Shown: one piece after another, positions 10,391-22,251 of the stretch
Layout: the number at the start of each line of letters is the position of its first letter
Position numbering within the stretch: the stretch's first letter is position 1
Program-made: the position numbers and the translations under genes
NCBI GenBank assembly: GCA_002189035.1
Contig: CM007992.1
Span: 3,100,001-3,164,000 of the forward strand
DNA: 64,000 nucleotides
Direction: 5' to 3'
From: Utricularia gibba
Lineage: Eukaryota > Plantae > Magnoliophyta
The notes under the pieces: model-generated
Database searches by the model: none
What the model was told of the DNA's origin: nothing
Seen by the model: only the letters and a program-made list of their open reading frames with translations

Positions 10391-13027
10391 TCATCTGGTT
10401 CTGCTAATCCCCTTCTTCTTGCCTTTCACATGCTTCTCCAAGCTCCTGATCCTATGGCTAAGAGGGGAGGACACACCAGGCGTTGTTTCAGTCGCAGTCG
10501 CCGTCGCTTTTCCGACATGGGGTGCCTGAGGTGTCTGTGGAGATGGCGGCAACTGAGGCATCTTGGGGAAGAATGAGAAGGCGGAGCTCTTCATGGCAGA
10601 GGGAGGGGCACTGGTATGATAGGTATGCCAAAGAACTTCTTGAAGGCAGGCTTCTTCACAGCTGAATAGGAAGAGTCGGTTCTTGGTTGTAAGAACGGGG
10701 CAGGACATTTAAGAATCAAAATGAGGTTGGAGGGAAGCAAGCAATAGTTACCATATCCATATGCGAGTGAGAAGAGGTTGGAGGGAACCCAGTAGCAGAA
10801 AATCGCCTGCAGGGAGAGCAGAGGATGCTTGAGTGTGGAAAAATTGGGTAGAACTTCTGGCTACAGCTTAGTAGAGAGAGCAAATGGCAGTCACCTTTGG
10901 GAAGCTTAGCGTTAGTGGGACGGTAAGAGCAGCAAATACTCTTGAGATCATCTTCACCGGACCAGCAGTGGGATTTCCTTCTAGACCCTCTTGAGCGTTC
11001 AACTGAAAGTGGCCACCGGCCAAATATGACATCAGTTATAACCAGCATGCTGGAATTCGTATCTAGCTTGGTTTAGTTAATCAGATTCTTTGTGCAGAAG
11101 TCAGGAAGATACGCAGGAAATAGAGAAAATGGGTACCTCAACTGTGATCAGAAATGTCAATGCTGTCAAAACAGGAAAAATGTACAAGCTATCTGGTGTT
11201 GTCAAATCGGTGAACCATAAAATGCCACCCTCTTTGAAAGATGGCATCTTTTCAGCCATAGTTCTTATCTGTATGCAGCCCAAGAAGGCGATTCAGCAAA
11301 ATGGACGACTCCATTGGTACAAGAAACATTTTCAAAGCAGAACGTGTCAATGGAAGGGAAATGCCATCTTACTGCAAAGAAGAAACTGCAAAAAATGGGA
11401 CCCGACACCAGAATTCCTTTGAAAGGGGCCAAAGGAGTTACACCGTGCCTGCAACATAATTACCACAAACCAAAAATACTAAACATTCAAAGTACATTAG
11501 GAATTAAAAAAATAATGAAGTAGGCCTTGTCAAATACTCGGCAGCAGTTTTTTGATTAGTAAGTAGCAAGAATAAACATGATACATACTGTTTATAAAGA
11601 GCTTTCACTTGTGCCTGGCGTTCATACATGCCAATACCCTGTTAAACAAGAAGCTGGTATGAAAATCAGGAGTCTGAGCCAACAGGATGAATATTCTAGG
11701 TCATACAGGAATCACAAGCAAACAATGGCCATATCACATAAATTATGAGGCAGCCTAAAAAGGACAACATACACTATACAGCCAAATAAGCCTATTGTCC
11801 GCATGGAGAGAAAGAAGTGCAAGAATCCTACCTTGATCTCCCAGTCTTGTTGTAGTTTTTCCAGGTCTGATCTCATAAGCTGTGAAATAGAAACAGGCAA
11901 TTATGAGCAGAAAAAAAAAAAAAACAGCCAAGAAGTGGTGCAGTTCTTCTCCAGTTGTCAGGATATGAATAGAATTGTCTAGAAGTATGGACTTCAAAAT
12001 TTTTGTTTGAAGCCAGAATCTAGAGAATGCATTTGAAAATGATGCTAGAAACTGGTCTGAACATGACTTACAGTTAATTTTGAAGTGACTTTTAGCATAT
12101 GTATCGAGATTGGAAGTTGAAGCAGGCGAATAAAGATAGTTGTCAGAGCAACAGCTGCCCACCTGAACACATATGCGATTGCTTACACTGCTAATCCCTA
12201 AGCATCTTTTAAACACAGAAACAATAGCAAGAAGTAGATTGAAAATACAAGGCTTTTCAGGCGTTGATTCGGACCCCTAATTGGCCAGCGTCTCAGTTTT
12301 TCAAAAAAGCAACTTTAATCAGCGATCAGCATGTCTTTAAAAATATTAAAATTGCAATTGATTACGGCCCAAAGTGGCCCAACAGTGGTCTTAACGATAA
12401 TGAAAAATGAAGAGCCTAAACATAAGCTGGTCTAAGAAAAGTTCAAACCAAAGACTGAAGCAAGAAACTTTCTTGAAAAAAACAGCCCAGAAATCCATAT
12501 TTAGATTGCATGCTCATGCTGAAAATTGAAACATGAACCCACCAATTGAGTCCTGCATAAACGTGAACATAATCAATCAAGTATTGAAGCGCTGCCACAG
12601 GAAAATATGAATCGGCTGCAGAAACCGCCACCTCATTCACCAATGGAGCTGCCTGTGCAGCCAACTCCGTACCCTTATCTTCCAAAACATTCGCCACATC
12701 ATTCAAAACAGAAAGATCTCCAGAAGCTTCAGAAACACTCCCGCTTGAGAAATTTCTATGAAAAAAATGTCCTGACCCTAATGAGTAAGGGATTCCCCTA
12801 TCTTGAAAGAAGCCTCTAGCTCTGTGGGTGACACCAAAACTATTTATTGATCCAAATGCACTTCTATGAAAATACTGAAACGTTTCAGGATTCCTAGAAA
12901 TGGGATGTCTATGCAATTCTTCCTGATCATGGGTTTCCCGGTGAAGATGAGACAAGTAAGCGCCAGCCTGATGACCCTGCTGATAGAGTAGTTTCGCTCG
13001 ACAAGTAATGCTTCTTCTATACGCCAT
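10391..13027 (-). CDS. OXA1: Mitochondrial inner-membrane insertase OXA1-like, right copy; exons 13027-12543, 12162-12072, 11879-11832, 11638-11589, 11448-11373, 11268-11137, 11002-10895, 10806-10752, 10661-end; apparent -1 frameshift near 10605 (in-frame stop 10591; homologous tail ends 10391)
   Basis: Presequence-like MAYRRSITCRAKLL; motifs LNWWAAVALTTIFIR, MAEKMPSFKEGGILWFTDLTTPD, AQEGLEGNP, AIFCYWVPSNLFSL; tail HRIRSLEKHVKGKKK resembles the plant OXA1 C-terminus. Confidence 0.9.
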
Positions 13028-13791
13028 TTACTTTATCCCCTACACATGCACGAGTGGAACACGAAGAAAAACAGATTACAAATATTTCAGTGAGGAGATT
13101 AGAAATCCCCGATGAGAATAGCAGTCATCCAACATGCAAAGCATAGAAACTAATCCACCACAAAAAATGCAAAAATCACGCAGGGTATGGCACAAGATTT
13201 CCAGGGCTCCTGTGTGTCGAAAGACCCAAATTTGCAACCAGGATGCTTATTAACAAAAATCAAAAGACTTTCATCTAAACTGCTCATTTTTTAGCAGTTT
13301 AGTGATCAAAATCATATTTTTAATTAAAATACTTACGAACATGGAATGTTCAAAATCGCAGTTCAAGTTCATCGAAAATCAGCATGAAATCTAAAGAACT
13401 GCCATTGGAAAAGCAAGAACCAAATGACCGCAACTTCTCTGTCATAACCACCATCGCCAAACCCTTACGAGCATTTGGACAAAGTCACAAAAGTAAATCC
13501 CAAGAACCACACGATTGCTCTCAAAAACCCCAATTTCCAAACTACCCAGTTAGTTATCTCCAATATTGAATAAAAGCATCCAACGGGAATCCCCCTCGTT
13601 CTAACCTATCTCACCTTTACTGGGTGCGCGGAAACCACCAAATGTTTCCGTCTATGTGCAAGATCCAAGCGTAAGTTGCCAAAATCAAGTGATAGCTGGG
13701 CAACAACATGCCTTTGGCTTAATTGTATGGAGTTGAGGGTTTAAGGTTTTAATGTTTTATTACAAAATTAGTTAAAATGATATTCATATCA

Positions 13792-13864
13792 GGGGGTGTA
13801 GCTCATATGGTAGAGCGCTCGCTTCGCATGCGAGAGGCACGGGGTTCGATTCCCCGCACCTCCA
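13792..13864 (+). tRNA. tRNA-Ala(CGC)
   Basis: 73 nt; acceptor GGGGGTG/CACCTCC with G3:U70; anticodon stem CTCGC-TT-CGC-AT-GCGAG; intact A box and B box GGTTCGATTCC. Confidence 0.97.
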
Positions 13865-13865
13865 C

Positions 13866-13872
13866 TTTTTTT
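13866..13872 (+). terminator. RNA Pol III T7 terminator of tRNA-Ala
   Basis: TTTTTTT immediately after the tRNA 3' end. Confidence 0.85.
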
Positions 13873-14280
13873 GAGCTCTTTTCGTCTCAGGTACTAGAGA
13901 AGCTATGCTCAACTCAGATCAGGTCCTGCTGCACTCACTTTTTCTCTTTTAGATCAGCTCTTCTCACGTTGGGATTCCCCTCGATGCTTCCAAGTTCACC
14001 CCTTTTCTCTGAACAGATTGAACCAGAGTAGCCAACTCAGGTATGGGAATGCCTCCATGAGTTGAATAAAAGAGAGATGGTATTTTTTCACAGATAGGAA
14101 TGGAAGATTTTAGGTGCATTGTATGTAGATGAGCAACTATGTGAACATATCTACAAGGCCCTTAATCTTATATCAAATGCTATGTGCATCACATTCACAT
14201 TCCAAAACGTTTCAGGGATGGAAATATAAAACTTTCAGCGGCAGAGAATAGATTTATATAGATCGAGGAAACGGAGGTCA

Positions 14281-15199
14281 TCAAGCTTGTGGAGCAGGAC
14301 TGCTTTCATTAAGCAGCTTCAGGATATCATGTTCTGGGGCGCTGATGGAGGATACAATCATGCGATTTGGGGGCGGTCGAGGAGGCTTTGTGAGTGCTGC
14401 ACCAGCCTTCCTTTGCCCTGCTGATGATGCTCTTTCCCTCCACCTTCGTCCATCCTGATGGATAACCAAGCACAAAGAAGAGTTCAAGCAGAATCATTTA
14501 CAAAAACACCACTATGATGAACATCGGGTTTAAAGAGCGAATTCCAAGGTAGTTTGCAGGTGATTCAGCTACAAATCTACCATGCAAACTAAGGTGGGAA
14601 CAAGCATCACTACCAAAATCCGATTTTTGTTAACGCCCAAAAAACGAATATCACTACCGCAGATGACTACAAAGGTAGCAAGCATCATAAGCAATGAAAT
14701 TGAAATGATGGGTTAAAGTTCAATGAAGCTTACATTGAGAATAGAAGAATCGGGGAATGGACATTGGATAGGTTGATCATTGTCAAGAGGCTCACTTGGG
14801 CGCTCAACAGGCTTAAATTCGACAGCAACTTCGATTCCACGAGGAGATGCAGATTGTGTTACGCCCTCGCTACGGTTTGACTGTGAGCCAGAAGGCAACC
14901 CTTTTCTTTCATTCTGCAATTCCAAGAGACACAACAGGGAAGTAAATAAATCCCTGAAACCAGATCAAAAGCAGAATATAAACCCAGGCAGATTTCAGCG
15001 AAAGGGCCCTTCATCTAATCAAATCAAACTTACAGCGACATCACCAACAGGGAATTCCCAATACAACACAAAATATCCAGAAATGATCATGGAACCAATA
15101 AATATATAAAACAGAATGATGGGGAAGTTGGGTTACGAGCGCGCTCTGAGTTCTTCGGTGACCGCCGCCGCGCACAGAGAATCTTGAGAAAATACCCAT
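14281..15199 (-). CDS. Small uncharacterised plant protein (138 aa); exons 15199-15137, 14913-14734, 14454-14281
   Basis: In-phase GT-AG exons give MGIFSRFSVRGGGHRRTQSAL...GIEVAVEFKPVERPSEPLDNDQPIQCP...SILNDGRRWRER...SISAPEHDILKLL; recalled as a conserved plant family of unknown function. Confidence 0.85.
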
Positions 15200-15744
15200 T
15201 TTCGGTGCCACGAAAAGCGATTCTCGTTGTTCAATCGGAGATTTCACCGCAACTCTGTTTTATGGAACAAGAAAAAACTAAGAAACGCATCAGCTGCCTT
15301 GGCTTGCAACCTGGTTTTCCAGATTCGGTGGCTTCAGAAGCTGGCTCGACAATGATCATTTCCTTTTCTTTTCCCTATATTCTTTAAAAATCATTAATAT
15401 CTGTTTTATTGACCCAATCATGGAATACACCAATAGGAATATGAGACTTCATTAAATTTAAATATAACCGTCTTTAAAATAACATTTTATTTTATTGATG
15501 ATTGTGTAGATGTTTATGTGTAGTTGTTATGAAATAGACATAGTGACTTCCAAATGTAACCCCAGTTATAGTTTAATTGAGTAGTTGTTTGATTTTAGAA
15601 GTTTTAATGAGTACTCAAATTAAATCAATGCATCCAATCTTACATACCTTGATAAGAAATTAGATTCCATATTATAACATGTAGCATTCGATTGATTACT
15701 AGCTTTGGACGGATTAATTATATTTATAATTCTTGCACTCATGA

Positions 15745-18700
15745 CATATCTATTGGAAATATTGAGTTCCCTAAAAATTATTTTTTGATGATATCTAAAT
15801 TTTTTTACGTGCAATTTCCTGAGTAGTGCCAAAATATATTCTTAGTTTCTTTTTTATTCAATTTTCTTACTTTTTTTATTGTGCAAATCGAAATCAATTG
15901 GATTTTTTTTATGCCATACTACATTACTACTATATATACAAAATTGATCAAAATAATAAATTGATCAAAAAATTTAAAAAATAGATATAAATATATTTAC
16001 TTCATTAAATCAATGTTTTAAAATTATGGGTTAATTTTCTTTTTTCTGAATTTTTAAATATATATCTTATATAGATGATTAGTAACAAATATAAGATATT
16101 ATAAATATTTAATATATATATATATATATATTGATTATATATTAATAATTATATTTTTATATATTTATTTATATTGATATTAAAAGAATATTCATTTATA
16201 TTTAGATTATATCAAGGTTTTAAAATTATGGGTTCAACCCATGGTTTGATCTAGTTAGATTAGAACTCATATTTTCATGGGTTGTATCTAATTCAATTCT
16301 TTTAATTTAATTCTTTTTTCTGAATTTTTAAATATATATCTTATGTATATGATTAGTAACAAATATAAGATATTATAAATATTTAATATATATATATATT
16401 GATTATATATTAATAATTATATTTTATATATTTATTTATATTGATATTAAAAGAATATTCATTTATATTTATATTATATATTATTTGAATAATATATTGA
16501 ATGATTAAAATGATTTAATATAATTATATCAATTATTTATGTATATAAATATGTGTCTGTATATATATTTTTTGAATATTATATATATATATCTATATAT
16601 ATTAAATATTATATATATATATATTATTTGAATGATTAAAATGATTTAATATAATTATATCAATTGTTTATGTGTATATATATGTATGTATATATATTAT
16701 ATATACATACATATATATATTTGAATAAGATATTGAATAATTAAAATTATATATATATATATATATAACCTTCTATATTTTGAATATTTTCATACATTAA
16801 AGTATGATTTTATAATTATATTTTAATGAAATTTAATGAATCCGGATCAATTCATTTTAAAAAGGATTCAATCCAAAATCATAACAAAATGATTCAATAG
16901 ATTTAGCCTGTTTTTAAAACATTTCATTAAACTATCAAATTTATATTCTTATACAAAATCCTACTCAAAGAGATTGATGATGATGTTTGACTATGCATCA
17001 CCATGACATCTAACAATGAAAAAATTCAGTTTAACTCTGCTCATAAGATTTCATTTTTTATCTTTGATTTTTGATAGATCTTTGAAACCGAAGAAAGAAG
17101 ACCATAATATACACCATAACTTATCCTTTATCCCCTAATATAATAGTAATCCCAACAATACCATAATGCACATCCTTTCTCCACTCCTCATCCTAGATGA
17201 TGCGCAATACAAAACTCTACCCATCAACTATGAAGGGGTTGTGGGAGTTTTTTAAAGCACTCATCGATCATTTCATTATGATCCCTTTAATTAGATCATG
17301 TTTGTAGAAGAATACATGAGCACATGGTGACAATTGTGGTCTTTGACTATTATCATTTGTACAGTTATCTAATGTTATGGCTTGGCATAGTGAACATTCC
17401 ATCAATCTTTATTGGATGTTATGAAACATGTCTATTGGAAGTAGGGGTTTCGTAAAGATTATTTTCTAATGATATCTAAATCTTTTTACATGTAATTCTC
17501 TGAACAGTGCTAAAATATATTTTTAATTTCTTTTTTATCCACTTTTCTTTATTTTTATTGTGCAAATCAAAACCAAATGGATTTTTTTGTCATATTACAT
17601 TACTATTATATATATAAAGTTGATCGAAATGAAAAATTGATCGAAAAATTTAAAAAATAAATATAAATATATTTACTTCATTAAATGAATGTTTTAAAAT
17701 CATGGATTCAACCCATGGTTCTACTTATTAAATTCAAACACATATTTTCATGGGATATATATAATTCAATTCTTTTATTTTTATTTTTTTAATTTTTAAA
17801 TATATATTTTATATAGATGATTAATACCAAATATAAGATATATTATAAATATTTGATATATATATATATTTATTTATTATATCTTAATAATTATATTTGT
17901 ATATATTTATTTATATTGATCGTAAAAAATACTCATTTATACTTAGATTCTATATTATTTGAATGAGATATTGAATGATTAAAAATGATTTGATATAATT
18001 GTATAAATTGTTTATGTGTATATATATATATATTGAATATTTTCTATATATATATATTATTTGAATGATATATTGAATGATTAAAATGATTTAATATAAT
18101 TGTATCAATTGTTTATGTGTATATATATATATATAATTGAATATTTTCTATATATATATTATTTGAATGATATATTTATTTCATGATTAAAATAATTTAA
18201 TATAATTATATCAATTGTTTATATAGAATGATTAAAATGATTTAAAATAATTATATCAATTTTTTATGTATATATATATTGAATATTTTCCATATATATA
18301 TTATTTGAAAGGGATATTGAATGATTAAAATTATATATATATATATATATATAATTTTCTATATTTTGAATATTTTGATACTTTAAATATGATTTTATAA
18401 TTATATTTAATATTTTGATAAGTATAAATAAAATTTAATGAATCCAGTTTAATAGATTTTAAAAAGGGTTCAACTCAAAATCATAACAAAACGATTCAAT
18501 GGATTTAGCTCGTTTTTAAAACAATTCATTAAATTATCAAGTTTATATTTCTAATCCACATGATTCTTACACAAAATCCTACTCAAAAAAATTGATGATG
18601 ATGCTTAACTATGTGTCATCATGACATCCAACACTGAAAAAATTTGATTTAACTTCAATTACAAGATTTTATTTATTATCTTTGTTTTTTGATAAATTTT

Positions 18701-19045
18701 TTTTTTAAAAAAAAACCATAATATATATCATAATTTAATCTTTATCCTCTAATATAATAGTAATCCTAACAAAGTCATAATGCACATCCTTTCTACTCTC
18801 CTCATCCTGGGTGATGTGCAATACCAAACCATACCCATCAACTATGAAGGAGTTGCGAGAAGTTTTTAAAGCACTCATGGATCGTTTCATTCTAATCTCT
18901 TTGATTAGGTCATGTTTGTAGAAGAATATATGAGACCCTGGTAACAATTGTGGTTATTAACTATTGTCATTTGTGCAATTATCTAGTGTTATGCCTTGCC
19001 ATATTGAATATTCCATCAGTCCCTATTGGGTGTTATAAAATATGT
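15745..19045. repeat. Diverged ~1.65-kb tandem duplication of AT-rich DNA with nested ~100-bp and (TA)n subrepeats
   Basis: 15745-16030 resembles 17430-17710; 16790-17430 resembles 18370-19040; internal repeats at 16030-16200 vs 16300-16500 and 17960-18330. Confidence 0.8.
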
Positions 19046-19376
19046 TCCGATAATATTTATATTATTTTCATAGTTTTGGCTTCTTATTGAAGTTTCATGT
19101 TTTTATGCTTGGATATTTTTCCATTAGCTCATCAAATCAAGGATGTAATAACGCCTCAAATAGCTCTTCACTTAGTATTGTCCTTCTCTCGCTTGTACAA
19201 CATTCTCAATTCCCTCATTGCTACGTAGTCAGTATTGATTTCCAAAAACTTCTGATAAAGTACAAAAATGTTTCCTTATATATCTATATTCAAATCTAAT
19301 AAAAGTTCGATCTTTCTCATATTAGTTAAACGTAAGATTTGACTTTGGTTAGTTCTCCCATTTTGGAGAAATGCAT

Positions 19377-19607
19377 ATGTATGCTAATTTTGATATAAGA
19401 TTTTTTTTAAATATTGATTAATAAGATATTTAAATATTTATATGGATTTATTATATTATTATTAATTATAATAATAAATAATTAAATTAATGTATAAAAT
19501 TTTAAATTTAATTAATAATAAAATAATAAATCTATATATAAATATTTAAATATCATATTAATCAATATTTAAAAAAATCTAATATCAAAATTAATATACA
19601 CATACAT
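19377..19607. mobile_element. AT-rich foldback/MITE-like long inverted repeat
   Basis: Arm 19377-19467 pairs with arm 19510-19607 (roughly 90% over ~85 bp) around a ~42-nt loop. Confidence 0.75.
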
Positions 19608-19980
19608 GAATAATATAATTTTAATCTTAATGAAAAAAAGATAATTCTCACAATCATTAATAAAATTATAATTATAGAATTAAATGAGTTTATCGAGTAA
19701 TAATGTTTTATATAAATTTTTATTGTTTATTTTTAATACAAAAATTTATTAAATACATGTACATGCACCCATATATTTATTCCATTACGATGCTATCTCT
19801 TCCCCTTTTCTTACTTCGTATTCTGTGTAATCGAATATTGTAAATTTATGTAAAATAAGAGAATCTGCATCATTGTCTATAATAATTTTTTATAAAATAA
19901 AAAAGAGTAAAAGAAAAATTGTATTTAAAAAGGATTAGAATTTATTTATAAAATATTTATAAAAAAAAGTTATATTATTT

Positions 19981-20180
19981 ATACTCTTTTATCTTTGATA
20001 TTATTTATAGTAAAAAAAAGTTAGATATTTATACTTAAATTGAATTATCTTATTTTCATATTTAATTATGCAAAATATATATTAATAATTACTCTTTTAT
20101 CTTTGATATTATTTATAGTAAACAAAAGTTAGATATTTATACTTAAATTGAATTATCTTATTTTCATATTTAATTATGCT
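19981..20180. repeat. ~90-bp direct repeat, two copies, ~109-bp period
   Basis: tactcttttatctttgatattatttatagt...tttaattatgc at ~19982 and ~20091. Confidence 0.85.
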
Positions 20181-20404
20181 TTCATGCATAGAAATACCCA
20201 TTAAATTATTTAAATTAAGTATTAGAAATGTAATGAGACATCAAATTATATCTATTGGAATTGCCAAGTTTTATCAATTAATATTTTAAATTTAGTATTA
20301 ATATTTCAATTAATTAAATCATATTTTAATAAATTTACCTATAACTATACTAATGAATGAAATCTCTCTAAAATTACATAAAATTATTATTATATTCACT
20401 AATA

Positions 20405-20443
20405 CCGAACCCGAACCCGAACCCGAACCCGACCCGAACCCGA
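20405..20443. repeat. (CCGAAC)n hexamer microsatellite upstream of the UGT
   Basis: ccgaacccgaacccgaacccgaacccgacccgaacccgaa. Confidence 0.85.
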
Positions 20444-20683
20444 AAATGCCTGTGGACAGAACTCATGCACGTAATCCGATCCGGGATGTGGCCGCACAGA
20501 ACTGAATGAGGAAAATGTGAGCATGGGCAGCATGGTTTAAAGATGGTCATCTCTCTCACAATTTCAACAATGGAGGTGGTGGTGATGATGCGTTTGGATT
20601 GTGCTGAGTGATCGAGCTTCACCTCAGCTTCTCTTTCCTTCATCAGAATTGCATCATTTGCCGGCCGGAGTCAGAGGGGAACC

Positions 20684-22251
20684 ATGTGCACTTCCGCATC
20701 CACAGTCCACGCCGTCTTCGTGCCATTCCCCTCCCAGGGCCACATCAACCCACTCCTCAAGTTAGCGAAGCTCCTGCACCACAGAGGCTTTCATATAACC
20801 TTCGTCAACACTGAGTTCAACCACCGGAGGCTGCTCCGCGCCAGAGGCTCCCAGGGGCTACCGGGTTTCTGCTTTGAAACAATTCCCGACGGGCTTCCGC
20901 CGTCGGATCCTGACGCCACTCAGAGCATACCGGCGCTCTGCGATTCCATTAGGAGGAACTCTTTGGTCCCATTGAAGGATCTTCTTGTGAAGCTGAATGA
21001 CTCCGGGGCATTGGGTGTTCCTCCAGTTACCTGCGTGGTAGCTGATGGCGTGGCGGCGTTTGCTATCCAAGCGGCGGAAGAGCTCGGCATTCCTTCTGTA
21101 GGTTTCTGGACTTTCTCCGCTAGTGGATTTCTGAGTTTGAAGCTTACTGCCGACTTGATGGACAAGGGAGTCACTCCATTCAAAGGTGAGGTTGCACCAA
21201 CTTTATCAATGGCGGTGGTGCATCTGATTTTGAATATACGAAATTTGCAGATTCGAGTTACTTGACGGACGGAACCCTCGAGACGCCGGTGGATTGGATT
21301 CCCGGAGTGAAAAACATCAAGCTGAAGCACGTTGCGCGATTCATCCAAACTACAGATCCGAATGATCTGATGCTGGAATACACGAAGGAGCAAGTTGATT
21401 TATCACAAAAAGCTTCGGCTCTGATTCTCTACACATTCGATGATCTGGAAACCGATTTCCTCAGCTCACTCTCACCTTTTTTCCCTCCGATCTACGCAAT
21501 CGGACCTCTCCAGCCGCTAATCAACCAGATCTCCGACAAGAATCTCGAATCGGTGGACGGTAGCTTGTGGAAGCAAGACGACGAGTGCATACACTGGCTG
21601 GACTCGAAGGAACCGAGATCCGTTATCTACGTCAATTTCGGGAGTATCGCAGTGCCTAGCACAACGGAAATTCAGGAAGTAGCAGCGGGGCTGGCCGACA
21701 GCGGGAAGAACTTCGTGTGGATTCTCCGGCGGGACTGGCTGAAAGGGGAGTCGGAGATTCTTCCCGCAACATTTGCCGATGACGTCAAAGGAAGAGGATT
21801 GATTCTGGGATGGTGCAACCAAGAAATGGTGCTGAACCATCCCGCCATCGGAGGGTTCTTCAGCCACTGTGGCTGGAACTCCGTTTTCGAAGGTAAGCGT
21901 GCAAAACACACCATTGATTCCCCATTTTATTTGAATGTCACAATCCCTTAAAAATACCACGGCGCTAACCTAGGTATAGCGGCCGGAGTGCCGTTTCTCT
22001 GTTGGCCGCGGGCGACGGAGCAGCCGATGAACAGCAGGATGGTGTGCGAGGAATGGAGAACGGGGATCCAAATGGGGGAAGAGTTGAAGAGGGACGACAT
22101 CGTCCGGTGCATCAACCAGCTGCTGGATGACGACGAGATGAGCAAAAGGGCAGTTGAGTGGAAGAACAAGGCTGTGCAAGCCACCACTCCTCCCAATGGC
22201 TCCTGCCTCCTCAATCTCCAAAAGCTAATTCATCATATCCGTTCTTGGTAA
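20684..22251 (+). CDS. UGT85A: UDP-glycosyltransferase, UGT85 family (group G), 473 aa; exons 20684-21185, 21251-21892, 21974-22251
   Basis: HAVFVPFPSQGHINP (catalytic His), HITFVNTEFNHRRL, FETIPDGLP, DWIPGVKNIKLK, PSPG box [44 protein letters not shown]; spliced length 1422 nt is in frame. Confidence 0.93.

Noticed and set aside
16960-19040. Possible decayed Harbinger/hAT transposase in the repeat cores (e.g. ETIHECFKNF)
   Set aside because: Only a few residues of resemblance amid many stops; no catalytic motif recognisable without a search
20920-22221. Antisense ORFs over the UGT (and similar ones over PMT, GLR, PUT)
   Set aside because: Typical shadow ORFs of GC-richer coding sequence with no recognisable domains
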